From Candidatus Heimdallarchaeota archaeon (GTDB lineage Archaea; Asgardarchaeota; Heimdallarchaeia; Hodarchaeales; Hodarchaeaceae): DNA of 64,000 bases. Location: contig CP070695.1 of assembly GCA_020353515.1 (NCBI GenBank), positions 2,969,231 to 3,033,230 on the forward strand, read 5' to 3'. Below, one piece after another: positions 29,712-39,555 of this stretch (within the stretch, counting starts at the first letter, position 1; the number at the start of each line of letters is the position of its first letter). The translations under genes and the position numbers were made by a program. The notes beneath the pieces were generated by a model. It was not told the origin of the DNA. It did no database searches and was given only the letters and a program-made list of their open reading frames with translations.

Positions 29712-30407
29712 ATGACCGATTCTGAAACATCCTCTCCACAGAGTAAGTACCAAGATGTCGTGAATTTCAAACCTGTCGTTTTAAAAGTTATTGATGATGA
29801 AAAAACGCTCAGGGCACTTATAGATCCTAATTATGAAAAGATTATTGCAATTTTAAGAAAAAAGCCGAAGACTGTACAAGAAATCACCGCTGATTTTAAT
29901 AAAAAGGCTGAAATGTGTCATTTGACTGAACCTAGAACTAATAAAACAATTTATCGCTATTTAAAGACCCTAGAAGAATTAGGATTAGTTATTCCTGCTG
30001 GTCAGAGAGTAGTGGTAGGTAAAACAGCGTCAGAGAACTTATATGCGCGCACTGCTCTCATTTTCCAACGTGGAGACATTGATTGGATGTCAGAGGAAGG
30101 AAGCGACTGGGCACATCGTTTTGCTACTATTTTAGGTTATATGCTTGGGATTAGCACCCAAGAAGCGTCTACTGAATGCATCCAGAAATTTTTCAAAAAT
30201 TGGAGTGAAACAAAATTAACAATTCTAGAGGGATTTGCTAAAACTGCGTCGGATGACATATTAGAACTCATTACAGAAGGAGAATGGGAGGAATTGATTC
30301 ACTTCACAGATTGGGTTTATATCTTTGGGACATTAATAGAAGAACCCAAATTATTGGAAGAACTCCACGATTGTCTTGAAAGACCTATTGACGATATTAA
30401 TCCCTAA
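29712..30407 (+). CDS. wHTH (ArsR-like) regulator, paralog A
   Basis: KTIYRYLKTLEELGLVIPAGQR..ENLYARTA. Confidence 0.85.
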   Translation: MTDSETSSPQSKYQDVVNFKPVVLKVIDDEKTLRALIDPNYEKIIAILRKKPKTVQEITADFNKKAEMCHLTEPRTNKTIYRYLKTLEELGLVIPAGQRVVVGKTASENLYARTALIFQRGDIDWMSEEGSDWAHRFATILGYMLGISTQEASTECIQKFFKNWSETKLTILEGFAKTASDDILELITEGEWEELIHFTDWVYIFGTLIEEPKLLEELHDCLERPIDDINP

Positions 30408-31094
30408 GTGACTTTTAGGAGGCAATTAGAAATAGCTTCTCAAAAAAATAAATATCAAGACATCTTAGATTACAAACCTGTGATTTTAAAAATCATAGAT
30501 GACGAGGAAACACTCAAAAAGCTTGAAGATCCGAATTATGACGTGTTAATGTCAATCTTAAGAAGAAGACCAATGACCGTAAGGGAAATTACTACGGCAT
30601 TTAACGAAGAAGCTGAAAAGTCAAGCAGTATTGATTCAAAGTCACAAAAAACCATATATCATTATTTAAAAATCTTGGAGGATCTGGGATTAATTATTTC
30701 TGCTGGACAAAGAGTAATTATGGGTAAAACAGCTACAGAAAAACTATACATGCGCACTGCTCGAATGTACGAGCGCAGATACAAGTATATCGATTGGCTA
30801 GGGGAGGAAGGAAATGAATGGGCTTCCCGTTTTGGTACTCTATTCAATTCTTTATTTTCTATAGAGAAGAAATCCTCTGCAAAATGTATTCAGGAATTCT
30901 TTGCTAAATGGACAAAAGCCAAAAAAGCTGAAATTGAAAAAATGGCATCACTGGCGCCTGACGATGTAGTGGAAATCATCACTGGGTGTGATTTGAGAGA
31001 ATTGTCTGAAATTCTAGGTCGTGTATACATTTTCGGCACCTTCATGAACCAACCTGATTTATTAGAACAACTTCGTGTTTGTTTAAAGGGATGA
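30408..31094 (+). CDS. wHTH (ArsR-like) regulator, paralog B; in frame with paralog A
   Basis: KTIYHYLKILEDLGLIISAGQR..EKLYMRTA; clearly similar to 29712..30407. Confidence 0.85.
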   Translation: MTFRRQLEIASQKNKYQDILDYKPVILKIIDDEETLKKLEDPNYDVLMSILRRRPMTVREITTAFNEEAEKSSSIDSKSQKTIYHYLKILEDLGLIISAGQRVIMGKTATEKLYMRTARMYERRYKYIDWLGEEGNEWASRFGTLFNSLFSIEKKSSAKCIQEFFAKWTKAKKAEIEKMASLAPDDVVEIITGCDLRELSEILGRVYIFGTFMNQPDLLEQLRVCLKG

Positions 31095-31121
31095 ATCTGA
31101 AAGTGTTTTACTAAATGCGGC

Positions 31122-31793
31122 TTACATTTTTTGCATAATGAAAAAAACTGAATTTACCTTTTTCATCCTTTTTACCCTCTTTATCTCATTTTGGTACTTG
31201 TGAAGCGTTTTAAGGACAGCTGGATTATTTTTGTATTCCAAGGCTATTTCGTTCACCCTTACCTCTAGAGGTTCATAATAATCCTTCCACCACGTATCCC
31301 CAGGAAGCAAAAAATGATTCAGGAGTTTGTATTTACAACTAGGAATGGCACTTAGTTTAGAATCCATATCTCTTATATCATCATGGACCACTAAGAATCC
31401 TTTAGGTTTAATCAATCGTCTCCATTCTTTTAGGCCCCTTTCAAACCCAATGGTCGTTATAACTCCCTCTGCCCATAGGATATCAAAGCTTTCATTGGGA
31501 AAATCTATGTCAAATAATGAGCACTTCATTGCCTTGACTCTGTTGGTTAAACCTTTTGCCTTTATCTTACTATTCAGTTTATTCAGGCCAGATTGGTCAA
31601 TATCTATGCCAATAATTTCACCTTTACATAATGCCGCTAATTCTATTGTTGGTTCACCTGAACCACACCCAATATCAAGAATTCGTGGATTGGATAATTC
31701 AGGAAGCATATAAAATGCCTTTCTTGTATATTGATTGAATTTTTTACGGAAAATATCTCGGTCTATCTCAGTAAATGTGTCATCTGTCATCAA
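31122..31793 (-). CDS. Class I SAM-dependent methyltransferase
   Basis: ILDIGCGSG, FDILWAEG. Confidence 0.9.
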   Translation of the reverse strand: MMTDDTFTEIDRDIFRKKFNQYTRKAFYMLPELSNPRILDIGCGSGEPTIELAALCKGEIIGIDIDQSGLNKLNSKIKAKGLTNRVKAMKCSLFDIDFPNESFDILWAEGVITTIGFERGLKEWRRLIKPKGFLVVHDDIRDMDSKLSAIPSCKYKLLNHFLLPGDTWWKDYYEPLEVRVNEIALEYKNNPAVLKTLHKYQNEIKRVKRMKKVNSVFFIMQKM

Positions 31794-32017
31794 TTCTCAA
31801 CCCAACAAATACAACCTGAATCTCATCTTCTGTTATTATTGACCGTACGAATTTTAATTATTCTATGTTAACACTCTAAAAAAACATTGGAAGTGAGGAC
31901 TATTGTCATTACACTGACTACTTCTCTAAATTACACAGTACTTATGAGATTCAATCTTACATTCTATTGTTTAGGACTTAATTGATTGCACTAACCTAAT
32001 TTTTTAAAAGGAAGAAC

Positions 32018-33259
32018 TTGAAAAAAGGAAAAATTATGAGGCAGATCGTCAGGATAATCAGTTTCTTGTGCTTATGTGGTCTAATTCTTTCTATTTATTT
32101 CATAAATGATCATAATGTTACTGGTTTTTCATTTAAACTTAATTCTTCATGTCCGACGAAAAGATTCAGTCATAACATGGTTTATGATACAAGAAATAGT
32201 CGGATCATCCTTTTTGGTGGGTACACTATGATAAGTACTGAATACATTCAACTCTCTGACACCTGGATATTCGATTGCACGACCAACACTTGGTCTGAGC
32301 AAAATCACACAATTCATCCATCATCGAGACAGAACTTTGGGATGGTTTATGATCCGACAAGACAAAAAATCCTTTTGTTTGGGGGAAATAGTGATGATAC
32401 GTGGATATATAATTGTAGCACTGATTCATGGACTCAAACACATCCAGATGTAAAACCTCCTGCTCGAACTGATCCTGCAATGTATTTTGATCCAATAAAT
32501 GACAAAGTAATCCTTTTTGGAGGATATAGTACTGAAACTGATGAAAAATATAATGATATCTGGGCATATGAATTTTCAAATAATACATGGACAGAACAAC
32601 ATCCTCAAGACGAAAGCCCTAGTCCACGATATGGCCATCGAGTGATCTATGATTCATATAATAAGAAAGGTCTTTTCTTTGGGGGCCGTGCTGAAGAAGT
32701 CACAAACGAATTATGGCTATATGATTATGGAACAAATTCATGGGAAGAAATTGATCAGCCTCAGACGGAAAAACCTGAAACACGATATTGGCACGAAATG
32801 GTTTATGACACGGATAATAATGAAGTAATTATTTTTGGTGGACGGGAAAGTGAATGGATTTCTACTTCCATTTTCAATGATACATGGATTTACGATCCAC
32901 AGCTTAATGAATGGGAAGCCACTGACCCTGAGATGGCACCAACAAGAAGAACAAGCTCATCTTCCGTTTATGATTCTAATAATAAAAAAATGGTGATCTT
33001 TGGTGGCACCTTCGATATCCCCATCACTGAATCAAAAATTCTTAATGATACGTGGATGTATAATACTGTAAATAATGAATGGAAAAAAATTTCTCAACTA
33101 GAATCACTATCTGACACACTTTCCTCCACTCTTACTTCATCTGAAATCCCACCCAGTTCTTCTATTATTCCTGCTTCCTCCTCTGGCTTCACAATACTCA
33201 TCTTAGCGTACATACTCCCTCTCCTATTAGTCATGGTAAAAAGAGGATATAATAAATAA
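32018..33259 (+). CDS. Secreted Kelch-repeat beta-propeller protein with C-terminal TM anchor
   Basis: Six YD..IILFGG..DTWIY..W repeats; N-terminal signal; Ser-rich linker, then SSGF+TM+KR. Confidence 0.9.
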   Translation: MKKGKIMRQIVRIISFLCLCGLILSIYFINDHNVTGFSFKLNSSCPTKRFSHNMVYDTRNSRIILFGGYTMISTEYIQLSDTWIFDCTTNTWSEQNHTIHPSSRQNFGMVYDPTRQKILLFGGNSDDTWIYNCSTDSWTQTHPDVKPPARTDPAMYFDPINDKVILFGGYSTETDEKYNDIWAYEFSNNTWTEQHPQDESPSPRYGHRVIYDSYNKKGLFFGGRAEEVTNELWLYDYGTNSWEEIDQPQTEKPETRYWHEMVYDTDNNEVIIFGGRESEWISTSIFNDTWIYDPQLNEWEATDPEMAPTRRTSSSSVYDSNNKKMVIFGGTFDIPITESKILNDTWMYNTVNNEWKKISQLESLSDTLSSTLTSSEIPPSSSIIPASSSGFTILILAYILPLLLVMVKRGYNK

Positions 33260-33407
33260 GAAAGCCACCGATTGCACTTCATTACCTTCTAATTTCATTC
33301 ATAATTAAAAATTTAAGATTCACTGATGTTTATATGAGATTTAGTTATATCCAACTTGTTTCTTTTTCTTCTCGGTTTTAGAGGTTCAATAAAACTAACA
33401 AGGTAGA

Positions 33408-34046
33408 ATGATCATGTTACCAGCAAAACAAATTGCTTTATGGGCAGATAAACTTCGAGATATCTCAGCATTGGGTCTAAAATTCTCAGGGAATATTTAT
33501 AATCGAGAGAGATTCCAAAAGATCCAAGAAATTGCTATAGAGATGATAGCACTATCTACAAATACCTCAATAGGTCAATTGGAACCTTTACGGACGACTA
33601 TCCTCACACGACCTAGCCCCTTAGTTGGGGGTGATGCAGCTATCATTGACTCTGAAGGACGTATATTATTGATTCAACGAGCGGATAACAAGATGTGGGC
33701 GATGCCTGGAGGTTTGTCAGAAGTAGGTGAGACCCCAGTTGAAGGAGTATTGCGAGAAGTTGTTGAAGAAACGGGGTACAATTGTCAAGCTATCTCTTTG
33801 ATTGGCATTTTTGATTCGAGGTTGTGCGGAACAACCTACCCTCTCCAACTGTACCATTTTACGTTTCTTTGTGTACCACTAGAAGATGAAAAACAAAGAG
33901 TCCCCTTGCATCAACAGGAAACATTGGATGTTAATTGGTTTCATGAAGATTCTTTACCAGAAAACATTGACCCAGGGCATATATCACGGATATCTGAAGC
34001 GTTTCGGGTTTGGAGAGGGGATGAAAGGGCCTTTTTTGACAAATAA
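33408..34046 (+). CDS. NUDIX hydrolase with Nudix_N domain
   Basis: MPGG..GET..REVVEETG Nudix box. Confidence 0.92.
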   Translation: MIMLPAKQIALWADKLRDISALGLKFSGNIYNRERFQKIQEIAIEMIALSTNTSIGQLEPLRTTILTRPSPLVGGDAAIIDSEGRILLIQRADNKMWAMPGGLSEVGETPVEGVLREVVEETGYNCQAISLIGIFDSRLCGTTYPLQLYHFTFLCVPLEDEKQRVPLHQQETLDVNWFHEDSLPENIDPGHISRISEAFRVWRGDERAFFDK

Positions 34047-34184
34047 ACTAAAATTCCTTCTAACTTTTCTCTTGGTATGTATTGCTATAGATCAATATTG
34101 ATTTCTCATGGGAGTAAATAGAACAGAAAAAAGAAATAAAGTCAATGAAATAAAATACTATTTGCTTCTTGGTGCGATTTAAAT

Positions 34185-35159
34185 ATGATGCAGCAAAATC
34201 CTATTCAAGATCTTCTTGAAAGTATTTTTAAAGCAATTCAGACATTTTTTCAGGAAATATCCGATCCAGTTGGTTTTATTGAAACTTATTTCATATTAGA
34301 ACAAGGTTACAATATTTACAATACCATTGTATATACAACTATTGGGATTCTCTCAATTCTCCTTATTGGAAAAATAATTGTCAAAATAAATCAAAAAGGG
34401 GAAAACCGCTGGGGAGAATACTATATCCCAGTCCAAATGGACTCAGAGTTTTTTGTTTCTATATTGCCATACATCTTCATTGGTTCAACATTGCGAGCTT
34501 TACAAGACATTGCCGATCAAGATAAGATTATATCACCATATGAGTTTTTTAAGCTTAGAATTTTTGTAACACCTTATGTATATGTCATTACAATCCTATT
34601 AACTTTAATTGTGGGACTTGTTTCGATTATACTCTCTCAAGAATATTTGAAAAACACCCAGCGATTTTTTAATTGGAGGATTACCTTTTTTACAATTGGA
34701 ATCATTATTGAAATTATCCTATTCTTACCAATTCCTTTCTTACTGACAGATCTGTACTTTATCAGTGGAGGTATAATCATCCTATTATTATCAGGTATTT
34801 TTGGGTTACTCTTTCATTTAACAGCTAATTATCTTTCACGACGGTATATTCCTGAAACACCAGCTCGAAGAGAGGAAGTTCTAGCAATGATAACTCAAAT
34901 GTTTGACGCATTTAATACCGTTATTGCTATTGAATTTTTTAATTACGAAGAGAAGCATTATTTGCCTGTTATTCTGTTTGATACTCCCTTGGGGGCATGG
35001 CCTTTCTTAATAGTAAAATTTGGGGTGGTAATGCTATTCATCTATGCTGTTCGTGGAGTTGAAAGTGAAGAAATCCAGAAATGGCTACTTTGGGTTGTAT
35101 TCCTTCTAGGTTTAGCGACTGGGACAAGAGACTTTCTCCGTTTAGTGACAAATACTTAA
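34185..35159 (+). CDS. DUF63 family archaeal membrane protein
   Basis: GYNIYNT, GSTLRALQD, FVTPYVY, YEEKH, LGLATGTRD. Confidence 0.8.
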   Translation: MMQQNPIQDLLESIFKAIQTFFQEISDPVGFIETYFILEQGYNIYNTIVYTTIGILSILLIGKIIVKINQKGENRWGEYYIPVQMDSEFFVSILPYIFIGSTLRALQDIADQDKIISPYEFFKLRIFVTPYVYVITILLTLIVGLVSIILSQEYLKNTQRFFNWRITFFTIGIIIEIILFLPIPFLLTDLYFISGGIIILLLSGIFGLLFHLTANYLSRRYIPETPARREEVLAMITQMFDAFNTVIAIEFFNYEEKHYLPVILFDTPLGAWPFLIVKFGVVMLFIYAVRGVESEEIQKWLLWVVFLLGLATGTRDFLRLVTNT

Positions 35160-35161
35160 CA

Positions 35162-35340
35162 TCATGTCTCTATCACTGGATTGTAACCTGACTCATCCAT
35201 TGAAAAAGCCCACACTATGGCTTCTTTACATGTTCTAACATGTGGAGGAACACGTAAAATGTAAGTTTCTTTGGTTGTTGAATCTTGAACTTTAACCACC
35301 ATTAGTGGCTCCTCATTCTTCCTGATTTGAAGAGGGGATA
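35162..35340 (-). pseudogene. C-terminal remnant of a DUF6745-like protein
   Basis: Manual translation EEPLMVVKVQDSTTKETYILRVPPHVRTCKEAIVWAFSMDESGYNPVIET*; no intact 5' part. Confidence 0.65.
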
Positions 35341-35445
35341 ATCTATTTCTGGTAATTAATATTATAGGTTTTACTTTGATAATTCTCCGAAAACGATGCC
35401 AAAGGATTTAGAGAGTTTCGGAAAAACCAATGATCTCATCTAGGA

Positions 35446-36690
35446 TTACTTCGTTAAAGTGAATTGGGCCTTTATTTCGTTTAAAATGATCTCTAAATGT
35501 TCCAAATTTTTGGTTTCTATTGCCAGTTCAACAACTACATGGTTAAAAGGCAAATCAGGTGAAAAACGGTCTACATTAATATCTATAATGTTAGCTTCCA
35601 GCTTAGTTATGATTTTTAACAAATTTTCAAGCCCACCAGGCTTGTCTTCTACTAGAACTTTAAGTTCCCTATAGCGGCCAGATTTGATTAATCCTTGTGT
35701 TATGAGTTTACTTAATATTGTTATGTCTACATTACCCCCACTTACTACCAATACGACATTTTCATTTTTTTGTGCAATATCTCTGTACAACAGAGCTGCT
35801 AACGCTGTGGCACCTGCTCCTTCTACCACTGATTTACATCGCTCTAGTAGAAGGAGCATAGCTTGAGCTATTTCCTCCTCTTCGACAATGACTATATCAT
35901 CCAAATGAGATTTTATAATTGAAAAAGTGAACTCACTAGGGCTTTTTATAGCAATACCATCAGCTAATGTATTTCCTTTCTCAGTTTGTATTAATTTTCC
36001 TTCCTTAAACGACTTATAAGCAGCAGCCATCTCTCTTGTCTGAACACCAATAACCCGGCATTTTGGTTTTTTAGCCTTAATAGCTGTTACTATCCCTGAT
36101 ATCAGTCCTCCTCCCCCAATAGGACAGATAACTAAATCTACATCGGAAAGATCTTCCAATATCTCCAATCCGATCGTTCCCTGACCTGCAGCTATATGTG
36201 GGTCATCAAATGCATGAATTAAGGTTAAATCCTTGGTGTTTTTGATTTCTTTTGCCTTAATATAAGCCTCTTCAAAACTTTCACCGTATAGGATGACCTT
36301 TCCACCATAGCCTTTTGTTGCTTCAATTTTAGAGATTGGAGCACCTTTGGGCATAACAATAGTTGAAGCCACCCCAAATATAGATGCTGCTAGCGCAACA
36401 CCTTGAGCATGATTCCCTGTACTAACAGCGACTACTCCTTTCTCCCTGATACTTTCTTCTATACGAGCAATTTTATTATATGCTCCCCTAACTTTAAACG
36501 AGCCCGCTTTCTGTAGATTTTCGTGTTTAAGATAGACACTACACCTAGTTATTTTTGAAAATGTAGTAGAATGGTTTAACGGTGTTCGTTTTATCTTCCC
36601 CTCAAGTACCTTTTGAGCTTCAAGAATATCATTTAGTGTTAATTCAGACAAATTAATCACCCTGTTTTCCCCCATAATTTCATCCCTCAC
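35446..36690 (-). CDS. ilvA: Threonine ammonia-lyase with C-terminal ACT domain
   Basis: KHENLQKAGSFKVRGA, GNHAQG, GGGGLISG, SGGN, DKPGGL ACT domain. Confidence 0.93.
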   Translation of the reverse strand: MRDEIMGENRVINLSELTLNDILEAQKVLEGKIKRTPLNHSTTFSKITRCSVYLKHENLQKAGSFKVRGAYNKIARIEESIREKGVVAVSTGNHAQGVALAASIFGVASTIVMPKGAPISKIEATKGYGGKVILYGESFEEAYIKAKEIKNTKDLTLIHAFDDPHIAAGQGTIGLEILEDLSDVDLVICPIGGGGLISGIVTAIKAKKPKCRVIGVQTREMAAAYKSFKEGKLIQTEKGNTLADGIAIKSPSEFTFSIIKSHLDDIVIVEEEEIAQAMLLLLERCKSVVEGAGATALAALLYRDIAQKNENVVLVVSGGNVDITILSKLITQGLIKSGRYRELKVLVEDKPGGLENLLKIITKLEANIIDINVDRFSPDLPFNHVVVELAIETKNLEHLEIILNEIKAQFTLTK

Positions 36691-36712
36691 AAATAAATGT
36701 TTCTTCTCATAA

Positions 36713-37621
36713 TTATCCTGAATAAATACAGGGAAGGATGATATTGATTGAATTTTGGGTTAACCATAACCGCCCGTTGAAATATGAGGTGAAGAATTGA
36801 AGATATTGAGAAACTAAGCTAAAACCTTGCAATGTAGTCAGTAAGGTATCACTAGGAACACTAAAACTTATCCCAACTGAAAACCTATTCATAATTTCCA
36901 CTTCAATAGTGATTTGTAGCCCACGAAGCCATGTTAAAATTGTTGAAAAGAGATTCTCTGGAAAATGAGAGCTCGCCCAAATTTCTGGATTTGAAGTTTC
37001 AAGATCGTCCGAATCCAAGGACGAAATCATATTGAATTGTGTTTTAGAAGAGTTTCGAAGATAATGGAAACTAGTTCTCAAGACATTAGATAGGGATACA
37101 GGATAAATATTTGGAGGCTTGAGGAGCAATTGAATTAAATCTGTGACTATGATTGTTAAAATTTTCTGGCGATAAGATATATTGCTAAATCTTTGAATTA
37201 CTCTTTGATCCATTGATTCAACGCTTTTCATGAGATAATGACTTAGATCCATTAAGAGGGATCCTGTACGGAGTTCATAAGTGAGCTCCTCAACCCAATT
37301 GTTGATCATCGAAGTGATAGGTTGAGAAATTGATGAATAAAATATCTTATATGTCCTAAGGGGAATTGAATAAAGATCTATATGGAGTGAAAAAAGAGTT
37401 TTATTGCTTATTTGCCGAGTGCTAGGATGAATACCACTCATCTGAGCAAATGTTTGAGTGAAATAGAAAACCTCATCATGATCAGCTGATAGAATAATGA
37501 AGGGATTGAAGGGATTAGAATAAATAGTGGAGATGTTATTTCGGAGAACAACTTCTTTCATCCATACTGAAGAATTTATACCCTTTTTTTCTATTATTTT
37601 CGAGATATCATAATTCACCAT
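36713..37621 (-). CDS. Degenerate PAS-HisKA-HATPase protein (pseudo-histidine kinase)
   Basis: PAS-like PFIILSADHDEVFYFTQTFAQMSG; H-box-like LTYELRTG; PVSLSNVL; FNGRLWL..INIILP. Confidence 0.6.
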   Translation of the reverse strand: MVNYDISKIIEKKGINSSVWMKEVVLRNNISTIYSNPFNPFIILSADHDEVFYFTQTFAQMSGIHPSTRQISNKTLFSLHIDLYSIPLRTYKIFYSSISQPITSMINNWVEELTYELRTGSLLMDLSHYLMKSVESMDQRVIQRFSNISYRQKILTIIVTDLIQLLLKPPNIYPVSLSNVLRTSFHYLRNSSKTQFNMISSLDSDDLETSNPEIWASSHFPENLFSTILTWLRGLQITIEVEIMNRFSVGISFSVPSDTLLTTLQGFSLVSQYLQFFTSYFNGRLWLTQNSINIILPCIYSG

Positions 37622-37850
37622 TTTTCCCTCATGTACTTAAAAAAAATTGATAGCTCTTTTGTGTTTCTGAGGAAAATATCCGACATTTTTTATATAGACA
37701 TTATTTGCATATATCCCCTATAGGAATAAAATGGTTAAAATTAGGAATTACCCTCGAAACGCTTACGATCGCTTTTAATTACACACTTTACGAAATAACC
37801 AAAAAATCGGCCACTTTCAATAGGTTAAGGAGCCCTGGTAACTGAATCAC

Positions 37851-39449
37851 CTATCTAGCTTTCCAAAGAATCTCTCCATTTACCATAGTAAGCTCGACCT
37901 TAACCTTCTTTATTTTCTCTAGAGGAAAGGAAATCAGATCCTCTGACAAAATGGTTATATCAGCAAGCTTTCCCGGCTCAATAGATCCTTTTATATCTTC
38001 ATCAAAGGAAGCATAAGCCCCATTAAGAGTATAACATTTAATTGCTTCCTCTAAAGAAATCTGATTCTCTTTTATAGGGTGATTTATAGCAGCCCAAAGG
38101 CCATATATCGGATTAAAGGGCCATGGAGGGCAATAACCACAGTCAGAACCGAATGCTACTGTAATCTCCTCATCAAGTAGCTTTTTATAAGGATTGCAGA
38201 GTTTAAGCCTCTTTGAACCCAAACGTTGTTCGTACATCCCTCCAGGTTGCCCCCATTCTCCTACAAAGTTAGGTTGCATTGCTGGCACCACTCCTAATTG
38301 CTTAATTCTATGCATTTGTGCTTCAGTTAAGATTTCACAGTGTTCAATCCTATGCCTATGGTTCATCCTAGGTTCTTTTTCAATCGCTGCCTCTATAGCA
38401 TCGAGTGCCACTTGAATCCCTTTATCACCAATTGCATGGATCGCTACTTGCATTCCTAGTTCATGCGCTCGGATAACCCTACGTTTGAGTTCTTCTGGAG
38501 AAACAGCGAATAACCCATAAGTAGAGGACTCATCAGTATATGGTTCAGAAAACACTGCGGTACGTGCTCCCATAGAACCATCTATGTAGAACTTTATGGC
38601 TCCGATTCTTAGAAAATCATCTCCAAATCGGGTTTTGATGCCTAGGGTCTCTAATCCATCCAACATCACATCTGTAAATTGTGCATCAGGCATGATATAA
38701 GCTCGAACCTTTAAGAATCCTTCCTCAACGGCTGTTTGGTAAGTATTGATGTCAATGGAGTCAGAACCTAGATCATGGATACTCGCACAGCCCCAGCTCA
38801 AAGCAATGTCACATGCTTTTTTCAATCCTGACAAAGCTGCCTCTTTCGTGGTGGGAGGTTTAACAGCACCAATTAAATCCATCGCTTCCTCACGAAGTAT
38901 GCCTGTGGCTTCATTGGTTTTTGAATCACGATCGATTTTTCCCCCTGGAGGATCAGGAGTTTCTTTGGTTATTTTAGCTAACTCAAGAGCACGACTGTTT
39001 ACTACCATTAAATGTCCATAACAAGGAGTGAGTATCAACGGATTTTCTAGAGAAATTGGATCAAGATCATCCTTGTTAGGATATCTTTTCTCAGTCCATG
39101 TACTCTCATCCCAGCCATGGCCAGTAAGCCAGCTGCCACTTGGTAACTTAGATATTCGTTCACTTATTTTTTTCACGACTTCTACAATAGAATTTGTAGT
39201 GGAGAGATCCACTGTTGTTAAGGTTCGTACTCCCATCAATAAAAAGTGAGTATGACTATCAATGAAACTGGGTATGACAGTCTTACCCTCTACATCGATA
39301 ATTTTAGCTTCTGATGGAATATTAACTCTTTCAGAAGGCCCAACATCAATAATTTTTGATCCCACAACAATAATTGTGCTATTTGGAATCGGAGGGGCTC
39401 CTGTTCCATCGATGAGAGTACCACCCGTTATTACAGTAAATTGATTCAA
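37851..39449 (-). CDS. YtcJ-like metal-dependent amidohydrolase (Amidohydro_3)
   Basis: DSHTH, DGSMGARTA, HAIGD, HRIEH, FGSD, GSIEPGKLAD. Confidence 0.92.
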   Translation of the reverse strand: MNQFTVITGGTLIDGTGAPPIPNSTIIVVGSKIIDVGPSERVNIPSEAKIIDVEGKTVIPSFIDSHTHFLLMGVRTLTTVDLSTTNSIVEVVKKISERISKLPSGSWLTGHGWDESTWTEKRYPNKDDLDPISLENPLILTPCYGHLMVVNSRALELAKITKETPDPPGGKIDRDSKTNEATGILREEAMDLIGAVKPPTTKEAALSGLKKACDIALSWGCASIHDLGSDSIDINTYQTAVEEGFLKVRAYIMPDAQFTDVMLDGLETLGIKTRFGDDFLRIGAIKFYIDGSMGARTAVFSEPYTDESSTYGLFAVSPEELKRRVIRAHELGMQVAIHAIGDKGIQVALDAIEAAIEKEPRMNHRHRIEHCEILTEAQMHRIKQLGVVPAMQPNFVGEWGQPGGMYEQRLGSKRLKLCNPYKKLLDEEITVAFGSDCGYCPPWPFNPIYGLWAAINHPIKENQISLEEAIKCYTLNGAYASFDEDIKGSIEPGKLADITILSEDLISFPLEKIKKVKVELTMVNGEILWKAR

Positions 39450-39555
39450 TAGATCAAAACCTCACGTAAAAAATAGGATTTCACATCGTAATATCGGCTC
39501 ATCTATAACGTCTCAATACACTGATAAACACTTTTCGAGTTCTTTGATAGTTATT

